Shown: positions 36,849 to 45,475 of the stretch, one piece after another
How the letters are laid out: the number at the start of each line of letters is the position of its first letter
How positions within the stretch are numbered: position 1 is the stretch's first letter
Origin: a virus
Lineage: Duplodnaviria > Caudoviricetes
DNA length: 59,594 nucleotides
Virus record (IMG/VR): IMGVR_UViG_3300021057_000001
Location: 1 to 59,594 of that record
Direction: 5' to 3' (one strand)
Position numbers and translations under genes: made by a program
The notes under the pieces: generated by a model
Database searches by the model: none
Told to the model about the DNA's origin: nothing
What the model saw: only the letters and a program-made list of their open reading frames with translations

Positions 36849-37242
36849 TCGCCTCCAGGCGAAGCTGTACTCGCTGATCGAGCGCGCCGCGAAGGCGCTG
36901 ATCCTCGAAGTCAACCGCGAGCTGCGGAAGCGGGGCACCGGAACGCCGGTCGACACCGGCCACGCGCGCGCTTCGTGGATTCCCGCGGTCGGTGCGCCTA
37001 CGCTGCTCGAGCCGGTCGGTGCAGATAGCTCGCTCGCGGCCGCCGGCGCTGCACGGGTGATGGCCTTCAAGCTCGGGCAGGGGATGCTGTTTATCTCCAA
37101 CGTCGCGCCGTACATCTCGAGGCTCAACGCTGGGCACTCGAAGCAGGCGCCAGCGCTGTTCGTCGAGCGCGCGATCGCGGCGGCCATCGCGACGATCAAG
37201 GCGAAGACCGGCGTCGATTTCGGCTCCGTCACGGCGCTCTGA
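36832..37242 (+). CDS. HK97 gp10-like neck protein
   Basis: TPVDTGHARASW, ISNVAPYISRLNAGHSKQAP. Confidence 0.88.
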   Translation: MGEAADRLQAKLYSLIERAAKALILEVNRELRKRGTGTPVDTGHARASWIPAVGAPTLLEPVGADSSLAAAGAARVMAFKLGQGMLFISNVAPYISRLNAGHSKQAPALFVERAIAAAIATIKAKTGVDFGSVTAL

Positions 37243-37243
37243 T

Positions 37244-37272
37244 TCGCCCCACCTGGGTCGTGCGGCGACGCT
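37244..37272 (+). promoter_or_regulatory. Late promoter motif (tail terminator)
   Basis: TCGCCC-N17-GACGCT, GTG 6 nt later. Confidence 0.7.
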
Positions 37273-37278
37273 CTCTAC

Positions 37279-37692
37279 GTGACCGAGGAAGACGCGAACG
37301 AGGCGATCGCCCAGCACTGGAACACCGGCTGGATCGCCGTGCACGGGCCGCTGACCGCGGATCCGGTGACGTCTGTGATCGAGGGCGAGATCGCCGAGTC
37401 CGCTGCGGAATGGGTGAGGTTCTCGATCGTCCCTGCGGGCTCGCAGCTGCAGACGCTCGACGCACAGCAGCGCGAGCGCACGGGCTTCCTCTCCGTGCAG
37501 GTCTTCACCTCGCCGGTCGGGACCAGGAGATCGAGCGAGCTGGTCGACGATGTGCGGACGATCCTGGAGGCGCAGGTGATCGCGTCGGGGAGCGAGAGGA
37601 TCTGGACGCACGCCGCGAGCTCCGGGCCTGGTCAGCCCGACGGCGCGTGGACCATGCGGCTGGTAACCGTGCCGTTCCGTTGGTACGGGTAA
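37279..37692 (+). CDS. Tail terminator-like protein
   Basis: WVRFSI...RTGFLSVQVF...G...VTVPF. Confidence 0.75.
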   Translation: MTEEDANEAIAQHWNTGWIAVHGPLTADPVTSVIEGEIAESAAEWVRFSIVPAGSQLQTLDAQQRERTGFLSVQVFTSPVGTRRSSELVDDVRTILEAQVIASGSERIWTHAASSGPGQPDGAWTMRLVTVPFRWYG

Positions 37693-37698
37693 CGGCAA

Positions 37699-37727
37699 TC
37701 GCCCCGTCCTCGTCGTAGCGGCACGCT
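37699..37727 (+). promoter_or_regulatory. Late promoter motif (tail tube)
   Basis: TCGCCC-N17-CACGCT, ATG 9 nt later. Confidence 0.7.
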
Positions 37728-37736
37728 GTCTCTACC

Positions 37737-39275
37737 ATGACCTACCAGGGCACCGGGCACCTTGTCGCGTTCGCGCGCGAATCCTCGGCAGGCGTCGCGC
37801 CGTCGACAGGCTGGCGCACCCTGGCACCGCTCCACACCGGCGGCGTCAGCGGCAACGTCAACACGCACGTGGACATTCTCGACGAGTCGATGTCCTCGCG
37901 GATGATGAACGGCAAGCCGGTGCACGTCGACAAGGACGTCACGCCGACGCTGACGTTCAACCTGAAGAAGTCGAACATCGACTTCTGGCTTCCCGCGCTG
38001 CTCCGCTCGACGCCGGTGACGCCGTGGGCGGGCGCGCAGGTGCTGTATGCGACGGCCGCGGTCGACGGCGGCGGCGGGGCCGACTCGTTCACGGTCTCGG
38101 GTGCGCCGACGCTGCCCGCCGGCACGCTGATCCTGGTCCGCGGCTTCGAGACCGACGCGAACAACGGCGTCTTCGTGCTCGCCGCGGGATCGAACGCGAC
38201 GACGCTCAACGTCGCAACGGGCACGCTGACGGCAGAGACGATCGCGGCCGGTCTCGCGACGATCGAGGTCTGCGGCTTCCAGTTCACCACGGGCGATCTG
38301 CAGGTCAACGCGAGCAACAACCTGATCACGGGCAGCCAGGACCTCACGGTATTCGGCCTCGCAATCGGCCAGCCCATCCTCGTCGGTGGCTCGACGGCGG
38401 GCACGCAGTTCGCCACGCTCGGCGGCAAGGCGATCGCCTACGTGTCCGAGACGGTGACAACGAACCTGATCCAGCTCCAGTACCAGGCCAAAATCACCGA
38501 CCGCAACACGACGACCACGTGGGGCGGCGCGGACAACGGCTCCGGCAAGACGGTGCGAATCTGGTTCGGCCCGTTCATCTACAACCTGCCGAACGAGTCG
38601 ACGTCGCTGATCGCGCAGCCCTCGTGGCACATGGAGAGTCGCTACACCAACGGCGTCGCGGCCGACGCGCTGTTCGCCTACACCGAGCAGATGATCCTGA
38701 ACCGGGCGACGCTGAACCTGGGCATCGCACAGGCGGCGACGTTGGCGCTCCAGTTCCACGCGCGCGAGGTCACGGATCCGGTCGCGGTCGCCGATCGCGT
38801 CTCGGGCCCGTCGGCGGCCTACCCGGAGATCGCCAAGGACCTGTTCGACGCGACCTGCGGCATGTGGCTGTCACGCGTGGTGAAGGAGAGCGACGCCTCG
38901 ACGCTGATCGCTGAGATCAACGCTGCGACGATCACGCTGGCGCTGGGAGGGCAAGCACGCAAGCAGCTCGCGACGTGCGGCGCGGCCGGCTACGACTTCG
39001 GCTACTTCGCGCCGCAGATCGCGCTGACGCCGTACTTCGCTCGGGCGGCGACCATGGCCGCGGTGTCCGCGCTGACGGACTGCCGCTACGAGGCGCTGCT
39101 GTCGAACGGACAGGGCGCGCTGCTCGTGCACTCGCCATGCGGCACGCTCGCGAGGAACGGCGAGACGATCGCGGCGGGGCAGCCGGTGACGGAAGACATG
39201 AGCTTCACGCCGTACCCACACCCCGACACTGGGATCGGCATCTCGGTCGCGGTGTTCCCTCACGTGCCGTGGTGA
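37737..39275 (+). CDS. Major tail tube protein with inserted beta domains
   Basis: VAFARESSAGVAP N-terminus, GF...NNG insertion; lies between terminator and chaperones. Confidence 0.75.
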   Translation: MTYQGTGHLVAFARESSAGVAPSTGWRTLAPLHTGGVSGNVNTHVDILDESMSSRMMNGKPVHVDKDVTPTLTFNLKKSNIDFWLPALLRSTPVTPWAGAQVLYATAAVDGGGGADSFTVSGAPTLPAGTLILVRGFETDANNGVFVLAAGSNATTLNVATGTLTAETIAAGLATIEVCGFQFTTGDLQVNASNNLITGSQDLTVFGLAIGQPILVGGSTAGTQFATLGGKAIAYVSETVTTNLIQLQYQAKITDRNTTTTWGGADNGSGKTVRIWFGPFIYNLPNESTSLIAQPSWHMESRYTNGVAADALFAYTEQMILNRATLNLGIAQAATLALQFHAREVTDPVAVADRVSGPSAAYPEIAKDLFDATCGMWLSRVVKESDASTLIAEINAATITLALGGQARKQLATCGAAGYDFGYFAPQIALTPYFARAATMAAVSALTDCRYEALLSNGQGALLVHSPCGTLARNGETIAAGQPVTEDMSFTPYPHPDTGIGISVAVFPHVPW

Positions 39276-39277
39276 AT

Positions 39278-39652
39278 ATGAAGGGCAAGACCATCAAGCT
39301 GACGATCGACACCGGCGCGTACGAGCTCGGGCCGGTGCCGCCGAACACGCGCGTCGTGATCGAAGCGGGCTACCTGTTCGCTGGCGGCGCGCGCACGCTG
39401 ATCAATGAGGCGCTGCTCAAGACCGACGACGGCGCGGCGAGCAATCGCGCCGTGCTGGAACGGATCGCGGAGCGCGTCGTCGTGGCGTGGTCCGTCAGCG
39501 AGAAGCTCGATCGCGCGGCCGTCTCTCAGTTCCTGCTCGCGCTGTACGAGGAGCACGCCGATGCGGCGCTCGCGTTCTCGAAGGCGCTCGCCGACAAGAC
39601 ACGGTTCGCGCTGCCCACCCTCGTCGATGCGGAGGCGCTGGGGGAAGGGTAG
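39278..39652 (+). CDS. Tail assembly chaperone
   Basis: Position; ends in ...ALGEG with slippery GGGGGAA. Confidence 0.7.
   Translation: MKGKTIKLTIDTGAYELGPVPPNTRVVIEAGYLFAGGARTLINEALLKTDDGAASNRAVLERIAERVVVAWSVSEKLDRAAVSQFLLALYEEHADAALAFSKALADKTRFALPTLVDAEALGEG
39640..39646 (+). other. -1 programmed ribosomal frameshift site
   Basis: G GGG GAA just before the chaperone stop; the -1 frame stays open to 40017. Confidence 0.7.
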
Positions 39653-40017
39653 CGGCCTGGCTCCAGTGGGAGCGCGAAGCCTCGCCGCACCTGCGACAGA
39701 TGCGCCTGTGGAACCGGACCCGCGAACAGATGGGACCGGAGGCGCGTGCGATCTTCGCGCGTCAGCCTGAGCAAGACGAGGCGATGGGCGTCGTGCTGAT
39801 GGCATGGGGCGACCTGTCGACGTGCCGGCCCGTCGGCATGGTCGAGGGCCGGATCCCGTGGGACAAGGCGAAGGACTGGGGAATCGAAAACGGCCTCGAT
39901 GTCGACGAGCGGCGCCTGCTGTGGCGCGTGATCCAGCGGCTCGACATCGAGGAGATGGACCGTCGCGCCTTCGAGGCGAGGACGGATCGCCCCGCTCAGC
40001 CATCGCCGCGACGATAG
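39646..40017 (+). CDS. Tail assembly chaperone, frameshifted extension
   Basis: AWGDLSTCRPVGM..GRIPW...DW...GL motif typical of pre-TMP chaperones. Confidence 0.75.
   Translation, partial: RVAAWLQWEREASPHLRQMRLWNRTREQMGPEARAIFARQPEQDEAMGVVLMAWGDLSTCRPVGMVEGRIPWDKAKDWGIENGLDVDERRLLWRVIQRLDIEEMDRRAFEARTDRPAQPSPRR
39987..40015 (+). promoter_or_regulatory. Late promoter motif (tape measure)
   Basis: TCGCCC-N17-GACGAT, ATG 5 nt later. Confidence 0.65.
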
Positions 40018-40020
40018 GAC

Positions 40021-41475
40021 ATGTCCGACTACGACATCGTGATCAAGCTCGACCCAGGACAGCCCGTCCAGGGCGCGAAGCAGGTGACCGCCGCGGTCGC
40101 CGGCCTTGAGGCACAGGGCAAGAAGGCGAAAGAGGCCATGGACGGCGCCGCCAGTGCCGCCAGGTCGCTGAAGTCGATCGACTTCAAGCAGGCCGCCGCG
40201 GCCGGCGCCCAGGCGTGGGGCATCCTGTCGCAGAAGTTCGAGCTGGGGAACACCCTGCTCGGCAAGGCGATCGACTCGACGGTGAAGTTCGCGGCCCTCG
40301 GCGCGCAGCTCGGCGGCCCGTGGGGCGCGGCCCTCGGCGCGATCGCCGGCGGACTGATCGAGGTCACCGACAACATCACGGGCCTGCGTTCGGAGGTCAC
40401 GAAGCTGGCCGAGGAGTCGAAGAAGCTGGCCGAGGACCACATCGCGAAGATGGGCGGCAGGCTCGGCGAGCTCGCGCGCGAGGCGAAGAAGACGGCCGGC
40501 GAGCTGAAGGAGATGAACGACGGCCTGTATGCGCTGCCCGGCGCGCTGGCTGCGACGTTCGATGCGTTCAACAAGGAGCGCGACGTCGTCAAGCGGGCGC
40601 GCGAGGAGATCGAGAAGTACAACGCGGCGAAGTTCGCGGCGTCGCCGCAGGGGAACGCGCTGAAGGGGTTCTCGGGCGGCGTCATGGGGCGCGAGGCGAA
40701 GCCGACGGCTGGCGGGGAGCGCCAGTACTACAACGGGCTCTCGCCGCTCGACTTCGCGCCGAGCCCGGCGCGCACGCCATACATGGGGCTCGGCGAGCGT
40801 GCGGACGGAGGGACTGGGCCGTACGCGGTCAACGTGACCGAGCAGCACGATCTCCAGGGGATCGCCCTCGACAACCTGAACACGAAGATCAAAGCGAACG
40901 CCGACGAGACCCTCCTCCTCGCCGCCAACACCCGCACATGGCGTCAGGAGCTCGCCGCGTCCAACACCGTCCTCCTGGCCGTGGTCGACGGTATCAAGCA
41001 GGCAGGTGCTTCGTTCGTCGACACGCTCGTCGATGGCGCGTTCGGCGCCGACGTGAGCTGGAAGCGGTGGGGCGAGGACATGCTCAAGATGTTCGCGAAG
41101 CTGATCCTCCAGGCGTCACTCCTCAAGGCGATCGGCTCACCGACGGGCGGCGTCGGCGGCACCGCGACCGGACTGTACAAGCTGCTCGGCTTCGCCAGCG
41201 GCGGCGTGATCATGCCGTCCGGCGGCGGCACGGCGGACACGCAGACCGTGGCGTTCCGCAAGAGCCCGAGCGAGACCGTGCACATCAACACGCCGGCGCA
41301 GGAAGCCGCGTACCGCAACGGGGGCGGTGGCGGCGGGCCCGTGAACTTCCAGATCGTGAACACCCCCGTCGACGACCGCGCGCTACTCCAGGCATTCAGC
41401 AGCCCCGCGGGAACGCAGACGTTCCTGAACCAGGTCCGCGCCAACCGCGGCGCGATCAAGGCGCTCCTCGAGTAG
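40021..41475 (+). CDS. Tape measure protein (short, 484 aa)
   Basis: DIVIKLD N-terminus, Ala/Gly-rich helices, GFASGGVI..GGGTADT C-terminal motif. Confidence 0.85.
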   Translation: MSDYDIVIKLDPGQPVQGAKQVTAAVAGLEAQGKKAKEAMDGAASAARSLKSIDFKQAAAAGAQAWGILSQKFELGNTLLGKAIDSTVKFAALGAQLGGPWGAALGAIAGGLIEVTDNITGLRSEVTKLAEESKKLAEDHIAKMGGRLGELAREAKKTAGELKEMNDGLYALPGALAATFDAFNKERDVVKRAREEIEKYNAAKFAASPQGNALKGFSGGVMGREAKPTAGGERQYYNGLSPLDFAPSPARTPYMGLGERADGGTGPYAVNVTEQHDLQGIALDNLNTKIKANADETLLLAANTRTWRQELAASNTVLLAVVDGIKQAGASFVDTLVDGAFGADVSWKRWGEDMLKMFAKLILQASLLKAIGSPTGGVGGTATGLYKLLGFASGGVIMPSGGGTADTQTVAFRKSPSETVHINTPAQEAAYRNGGGGGGPVNFQIVNTPVDDRALLQAFSSPAGTQTFLNQVRANRGAIKALLE

Positions 41476-41484
41476 CGGCGGGAA

Positions 41485-41513
41485 TCGCCCCGCGGTGCTC
41501 TCCCCGAGACCCT
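41485..41513 (+). promoter_or_regulatory. Late promoter motif (post-TMP genes)
   Basis: TCGCCC-N17-GACCCT, GTG 6 nt later. Confidence 0.7.
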
Positions 41514-41519
41514 ACATGG

Positions 41520-42431
41520 GTGAGGCCAGACGGCTCTAGGCTCGGCGCGAACGTCGGATTCGGGTACCTGACCGATGACGACGATGACGACGCGTCGGGC
41601 GGGACCGGCGGCGACCTGTTCGACGCGCTGATCCCGACCTGGGACGCGACGCGGAACGTGTCGCAGAACTCGACGTTCACGCTGGCGATCACCGCGAACA
41701 GCGCACAGACGAACGGCGTCGTTGTCGTGAAGGTCAGCGATCTGGACGACGGGCGCGGCGGATCGGCCATCACGATTTCGACTGCAGCGCTCGACGGCTG
41801 GACGCAGACCGGCTGGTCGCGAAGTGGTGGGTTCTGGACGAACACGCTGACTCGTTCGAGCGTGGCGAGCGGGACCACGGCGCCGAGCTTCACGTTCACG
41901 TCTTCGGTAGCCGGCACGTGCACGATCTCGACGAGCTCGACCGCGCCACAGACCACCCAGGCCATCGGCGGCGGCCAGGCGCGCACGACGGTGTTCGGCG
42001 CGGCGGCGGCGTTCGAGGCGGTGCCCGCGCTCGTCGGCGCGTCGCTGCCCGGCGACTTCAAGGCGACGATCACCTGCACGGGCGTCGCGCAGACCAACGG
42101 CTACGTGTTCATGGCCGGCAACTTCAGCGCCACGCCGGTGTTCGCGACCGTCTCGCTCGATGGCTGGTCGGAGAGCGGCTGGACGCAGATCGATACGGGC
42201 AACGTTCCGTACGAGACCGACGGTACGCCCGAGTACACGCACTACAACATTCTGACCCGCACGAACGTGCCGGTGGGAACCACCGAACCGACATGGACGC
42301 TGTCCCTCGTCCTGTCGTCGCCGGGCTCGCCCTACACGATCCGCTCTCTCCAGATCGGACCGCCGACGTTGCTGCCGCACACCGATCAGGCCACGGGCGG
42401 CGGCGCGTCGCTGTCGTCGGCATACGCATAG
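41520..42431 (+). CDS. Virion protein with two Ig-like beta repeats
   Basis: Thr/Ser-rich; duplicated AQTNG...LDGW(T/S)(Q/E)(T/S)GW...LTR..V..GTT.P. Confidence 0.7.
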   Translation: MRPDGSRLGANVGFGYLTDDDDDDASGGTGGDLFDALIPTWDATRNVSQNSTFTLAITANSAQTNGVVVVKVSDLDDGRGGSAITISTAALDGWTQTGWSRSGGFWTNTLTRSSVASGTTAPSFTFTSSVAGTCTISTSSTAPQTTQAIGGGQARTTVFGAAAAFEAVPALVGASLPGDFKATITCTGVAQTNGYVFMAGNFSATPVFATVSLDGWSESGWTQIDTGNVPYETDGTPEYTHYNILTRTNVPVGTTEPTWTLSLVLSSPGSPYTIRSLQIGPPTLLPHTDQATGGGASLSSAYA

Positions 42432-42441
42432 GAGCCCACGC

Positions 42442-43476
42442 ATGCAGCGCATTGTCCAAAGCGAATCGACCGCCGCGCGGCGCCGCGTGTACTTCACCGC
42501 GGTCAAGGTCGACGACGTCACCGACGACCTGGTGACCGCGGAGATCGGGACGTGGGTCGTCAAGATCTCGAAGAACGGCGCCGACGCTGCGGCTCCGAGT
42601 GGCTCGACGGTCACCGAGGTCGACTCCACCGACTTCCCCGGCCTCTGGTACTGGGAGGGCAACGCCGCCGACTTCGACACGCTCGGCGTGCTCCTGGTCC
42701 GCATCACGAACACCAGCGGCTCGAAGGTGATGCGCTCGAGGTCGATCCTCGTGCACGTCGTCGCGAGCGATTCGATCTACGTGACGCCGCCGGCGGACAT
42801 CAAGAAGGTCGACGGCACCGCGATCCCGACGCCGACGACTGCCGGCGTGCTCCGCGTCGACGTCAAGGCGATGGAGACGGGCGTGCTAACGAACACGGCC
42901 ATCGCCTCCGACGCCATCAGCGCCGCGAAGGTCGCCGACGGCACGATCGATCTCGCCACGTTCGCAGCCGACGCACTGCTCTCCGCCTTCGGTATCGCGA
43001 ACATGGGCACGGCGCAGGCCGGCTCGACGGGTACGACTCTGAAGCTCGCCAACGCGGCGTCCTCCAGCGACGACCGCTACCTGAACGGCGTCGTGCTGAT
43101 CACCGGCGGCACCGGCGCCGGGCAGATCAATCAGATCTCGGACTACGTCGGCGCCACGCGCGTCGCCTCCGTCGCGCAGACGTGGGCCACGACGCCCGAC
43201 GCCACCTCGGTCTATGTCATCTACGCTGGCGGCGCGGCGTCGAGCGCTCCGAGCGCGGCGACCGTCGCGACCGAGGTCTGGGCCAAGGTGCTGGAGGGCT
43301 CGCACACCTCGGCGGACCTCATGCGCCTGTTCGCGTCGGCGCTGCTGGCGATGGCGAGCGGCTGGTCGACCGGAACGCTCGTGTTCCGCGACCTCGCGAA
43401 CACCAAGAACCGGTTCGTGTCCGTCGTCGACGAGGACGTCGGTCGCACGAGCCTCTCCATCCTCGACGCGACGTAG
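42442..43476 (+). CDS. Virion structural protein
   Basis: AGGAG RBS; ISKNG..PGLWYW, GTAQAG..., ITGGTGAGQ..I.DY.G.TRVA motifs. Confidence 0.75.
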   Translation: MQRIVQSESTAARRRVYFTAVKVDDVTDDLVTAEIGTWVVKISKNGADAAAPSGSTVTEVDSTDFPGLWYWEGNAADFDTLGVLLVRITNTSGSKVMRSRSILVHVVASDSIYVTPPADIKKVDGTAIPTPTTAGVLRVDVKAMETGVLTNTAIASDAISAAKVADGTIDLATFAADALLSAFGIANMGTAQAGSTGTTLKLANAASSSDDRYLNGVVLITGGTGAGQINQISDYVGATRVASVAQTWATTPDATSVYVIYAGGAASSAPSAATVATEVWAKVLEGSHTSADLMRLFASALLAMASGWSTGTLVFRDLANTKNRFVSVVDEDVGRTSLSILDAT

Positions 43477-43485
43477 GAGCACGCC

Positions 43486-44634
43486 ATGGCCGACAACGTA
43501 GCAATCACCGCCGGCGCCGGCACCAGCGTCTCGACCGACGACGCCGGCGCGAGCGGCCACGTCCAGCGCATGAAGCTGGCGGTCTCGGCCGACGGCTCGG
43601 CGACGCACGTCGGCGCCGACGCCAACGGACTCCAGGTGCAGGGCGCCGCGGCGACGGATGCCGCGGTCGCCGGGAACCCCGTGCTTGTCGGCGGCCGGGC
43701 CTCGGCGGCAGCGCCCACCGATGTCTCCGCCGACGGCGACGCGGTCTCGGCGTGGCGACTCCGCAACGGCGCCGCTGCGGTGGCGGTGACGGCGGCCGGC
43801 GCGCTGATCGGGGGCGACGCCTCGAACGGCCTCGACGTCGACGTGACGCGGCTGCCTGCTCCATTCGGCGCGGCGGGTGCGACGAGCGTCGCCAAGGCCG
43901 AGGACGCTGCATCGGCGAGCGCTGACGTCGGCATCCCCGCGCTCGCCGTGCGCAAGGCGACTCCGGCCAACACCAGCGACACCGACGGCGACTACGAGAT
44001 GCTGCAGATCTCGGCGGGGCGGCTGTGGACGTCGGCCACGATCGACGCGGCGCTGCCGGCGGGCACGAACGCGATTGGCAAGCTGGCTGCCAACAGCGGC
44101 GTCGACATCGGTGATGTGGATGTGACGTCGCTGACGGGCGGCACGATCGCGCACGACGCGGCCGACAGCGGCAGCCCGATCAAGGTCGGTGCGCGCGCGG
44201 CGGCGACGCTTGCGGATGACACGATGGTCGCGAACGGCGACCGCACCGACGCCGTCTCCGACCTCGACGGCGCGCTGATCGTGCGCCCCGGGTTCCCGCT
44301 CGGCGACCTCATCAGTGAGCGAGTCACGAACACCGATGGCGCCTCGACGGCGCTGACGAACTTCGGCGCCGGCGGCGCGGGTGTCCGCAACTTCGTCACG
44401 GCGATCGTCGTCTACAACTCGTCGGCGACGGCGGGAACGATCGACTTCCGCGACGGCACTGGCGGCGCGGTGCTGTTCACTGTCCCGATCCCGGCGACGG
44501 GCGGCTGCGTCATCGCAAACGGCGGCATGCCTCTGTTCAAGACCAGCGCGAACACCGCGCTCGCCTTCGACGTCTCGGCGGCGCTGTCGACGGTGACCAT
44601 CTCGCTCTCGGGGTTCCGGTCGAAGGTGGTCTGA
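43486..44634 (+). CDS. Virion structural protein with internal repeats
   Basis: MADNVAIT...HVQRMKL; repeated (A/H)DAA..G.P..VG.RA units. Confidence 0.75.
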   Translation: MADNVAITAGAGTSVSTDDAGASGHVQRMKLAVSADGSATHVGADANGLQVQGAAATDAAVAGNPVLVGGRASAAAPTDVSADGDAVSAWRLRNGAAAVAVTAAGALIGGDASNGLDVDVTRLPAPFGAAGATSVAKAEDAASASADVGIPALAVRKATPANTSDTDGDYEMLQISAGRLWTSATIDAALPAGTNAIGKLAANSGVDIGDVDVTSLTGGTIAHDAADSGSPIKVGARAAATLADDTMVANGDRTDAVSDLDGALIVRPGFPLGDLISERVTNTDGASTALTNFGAGGAGVRNFVTAIVVYNSSATAGTIDFRDGTGGAVLFTVPIPATGGCVIANGGMPLFKTSANTALAFDVSAALSTVTISLSGFRSKVV

Positions 44635-45473
44635 TGCGCCTGCGGCTGCCCACTCCGCGCTTCGAGCTGCCGCCTGCGGTTCTCCGCGATCTCGAGCGCG
44701 GAACGCCGCTGCCGCTCATCGGCTGGAGCGCTCCGCCGCCGATCACGCAGCGTTGCGCGGCGACGTTTCAGGCGGTCGGAGCCACTGCGAGCAACTCCGC
44801 CGGCGGTGACGCGACACCAGCGTGGCCGACGCACGTCGCCGACGACATCGCGATACTGGAGGTCAGCCAAGCCAAGGCGTCGGCGAATGATCCCGGGGTG
44901 GCGACGCTCAGCACCGCGAACGGATTCGCGGCCATCACAGGAGCCGATCGCGGCTCGGTTCACAACCCAGGCATCGGCGGCTCTGGCGTGCACGTCACCG
45001 CGTTCTGGTGCCGCGCGACGAGCTCGAGCATGTCGTCGCCAGTCGTGGCGGGTATCGCCGACGCCGTCATCAACGCGCGCATTCTGACGATTCGCGGCGC
45101 CATCACGAGCGGCGATCCATGGGATGTGGTGTCGACCGCGGCAAACAACGCCTCGGGCACGGCTGTCACCATCACCGGTGCAACCACGACCGGCGCGGAT
45201 CGATTGGTCGTCGTCGTGACGGCTGGCAGCATCGCCAGCGCGACGATCTCGTCGTACGCGAACGCCGATCTCACGTCGGTCACCGAGCGCAACGACAGCG
45301 GCACGCAGTGTCATCTCTCGTCGGCGACAGGCGACAAGGCCACCGCTGGAGCGTACGGGAACACGACGGCGACGCTCAGCAGTGCCTCGGCCTGGGCCGG
45401 GCTGACGATCGCGATCAAGCCGGCTCCGTCGTTGGGCAGCAGCGGCAACCTCCTCCTGCTCGGAGTCGGCTGA
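44634..45473 (+). CDS. Virion structural or fibre-like protein
   Basis: PAWPTHVADDIAIL...; Ser/Thr/Ala-rich; ends in LLLLGVG. Confidence 0.7.
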   Translation: MRLRLPTPRFELPPAVLRDLERGTPLPLIGWSAPPPITQRCAATFQAVGATASNSAGGDATPAWPTHVADDIAILEVSQAKASANDPGVATLSTANGFAAITGADRGSVHNPGIGGSGVHVTAFWCRATSSSMSSPVVAGIADAVINARILTIRGAITSGDPWDVVSTAANNASGTAVTITGATTTGADRLVVVVTAGSIASATISSYANADLTSVTERNDSGTQCHLSSATGDKATAGAYGNTTATLSSASAWAGLTIAIKPAPSLGSSGNLLLLGVG

Positions 45474-45475
45474 CT

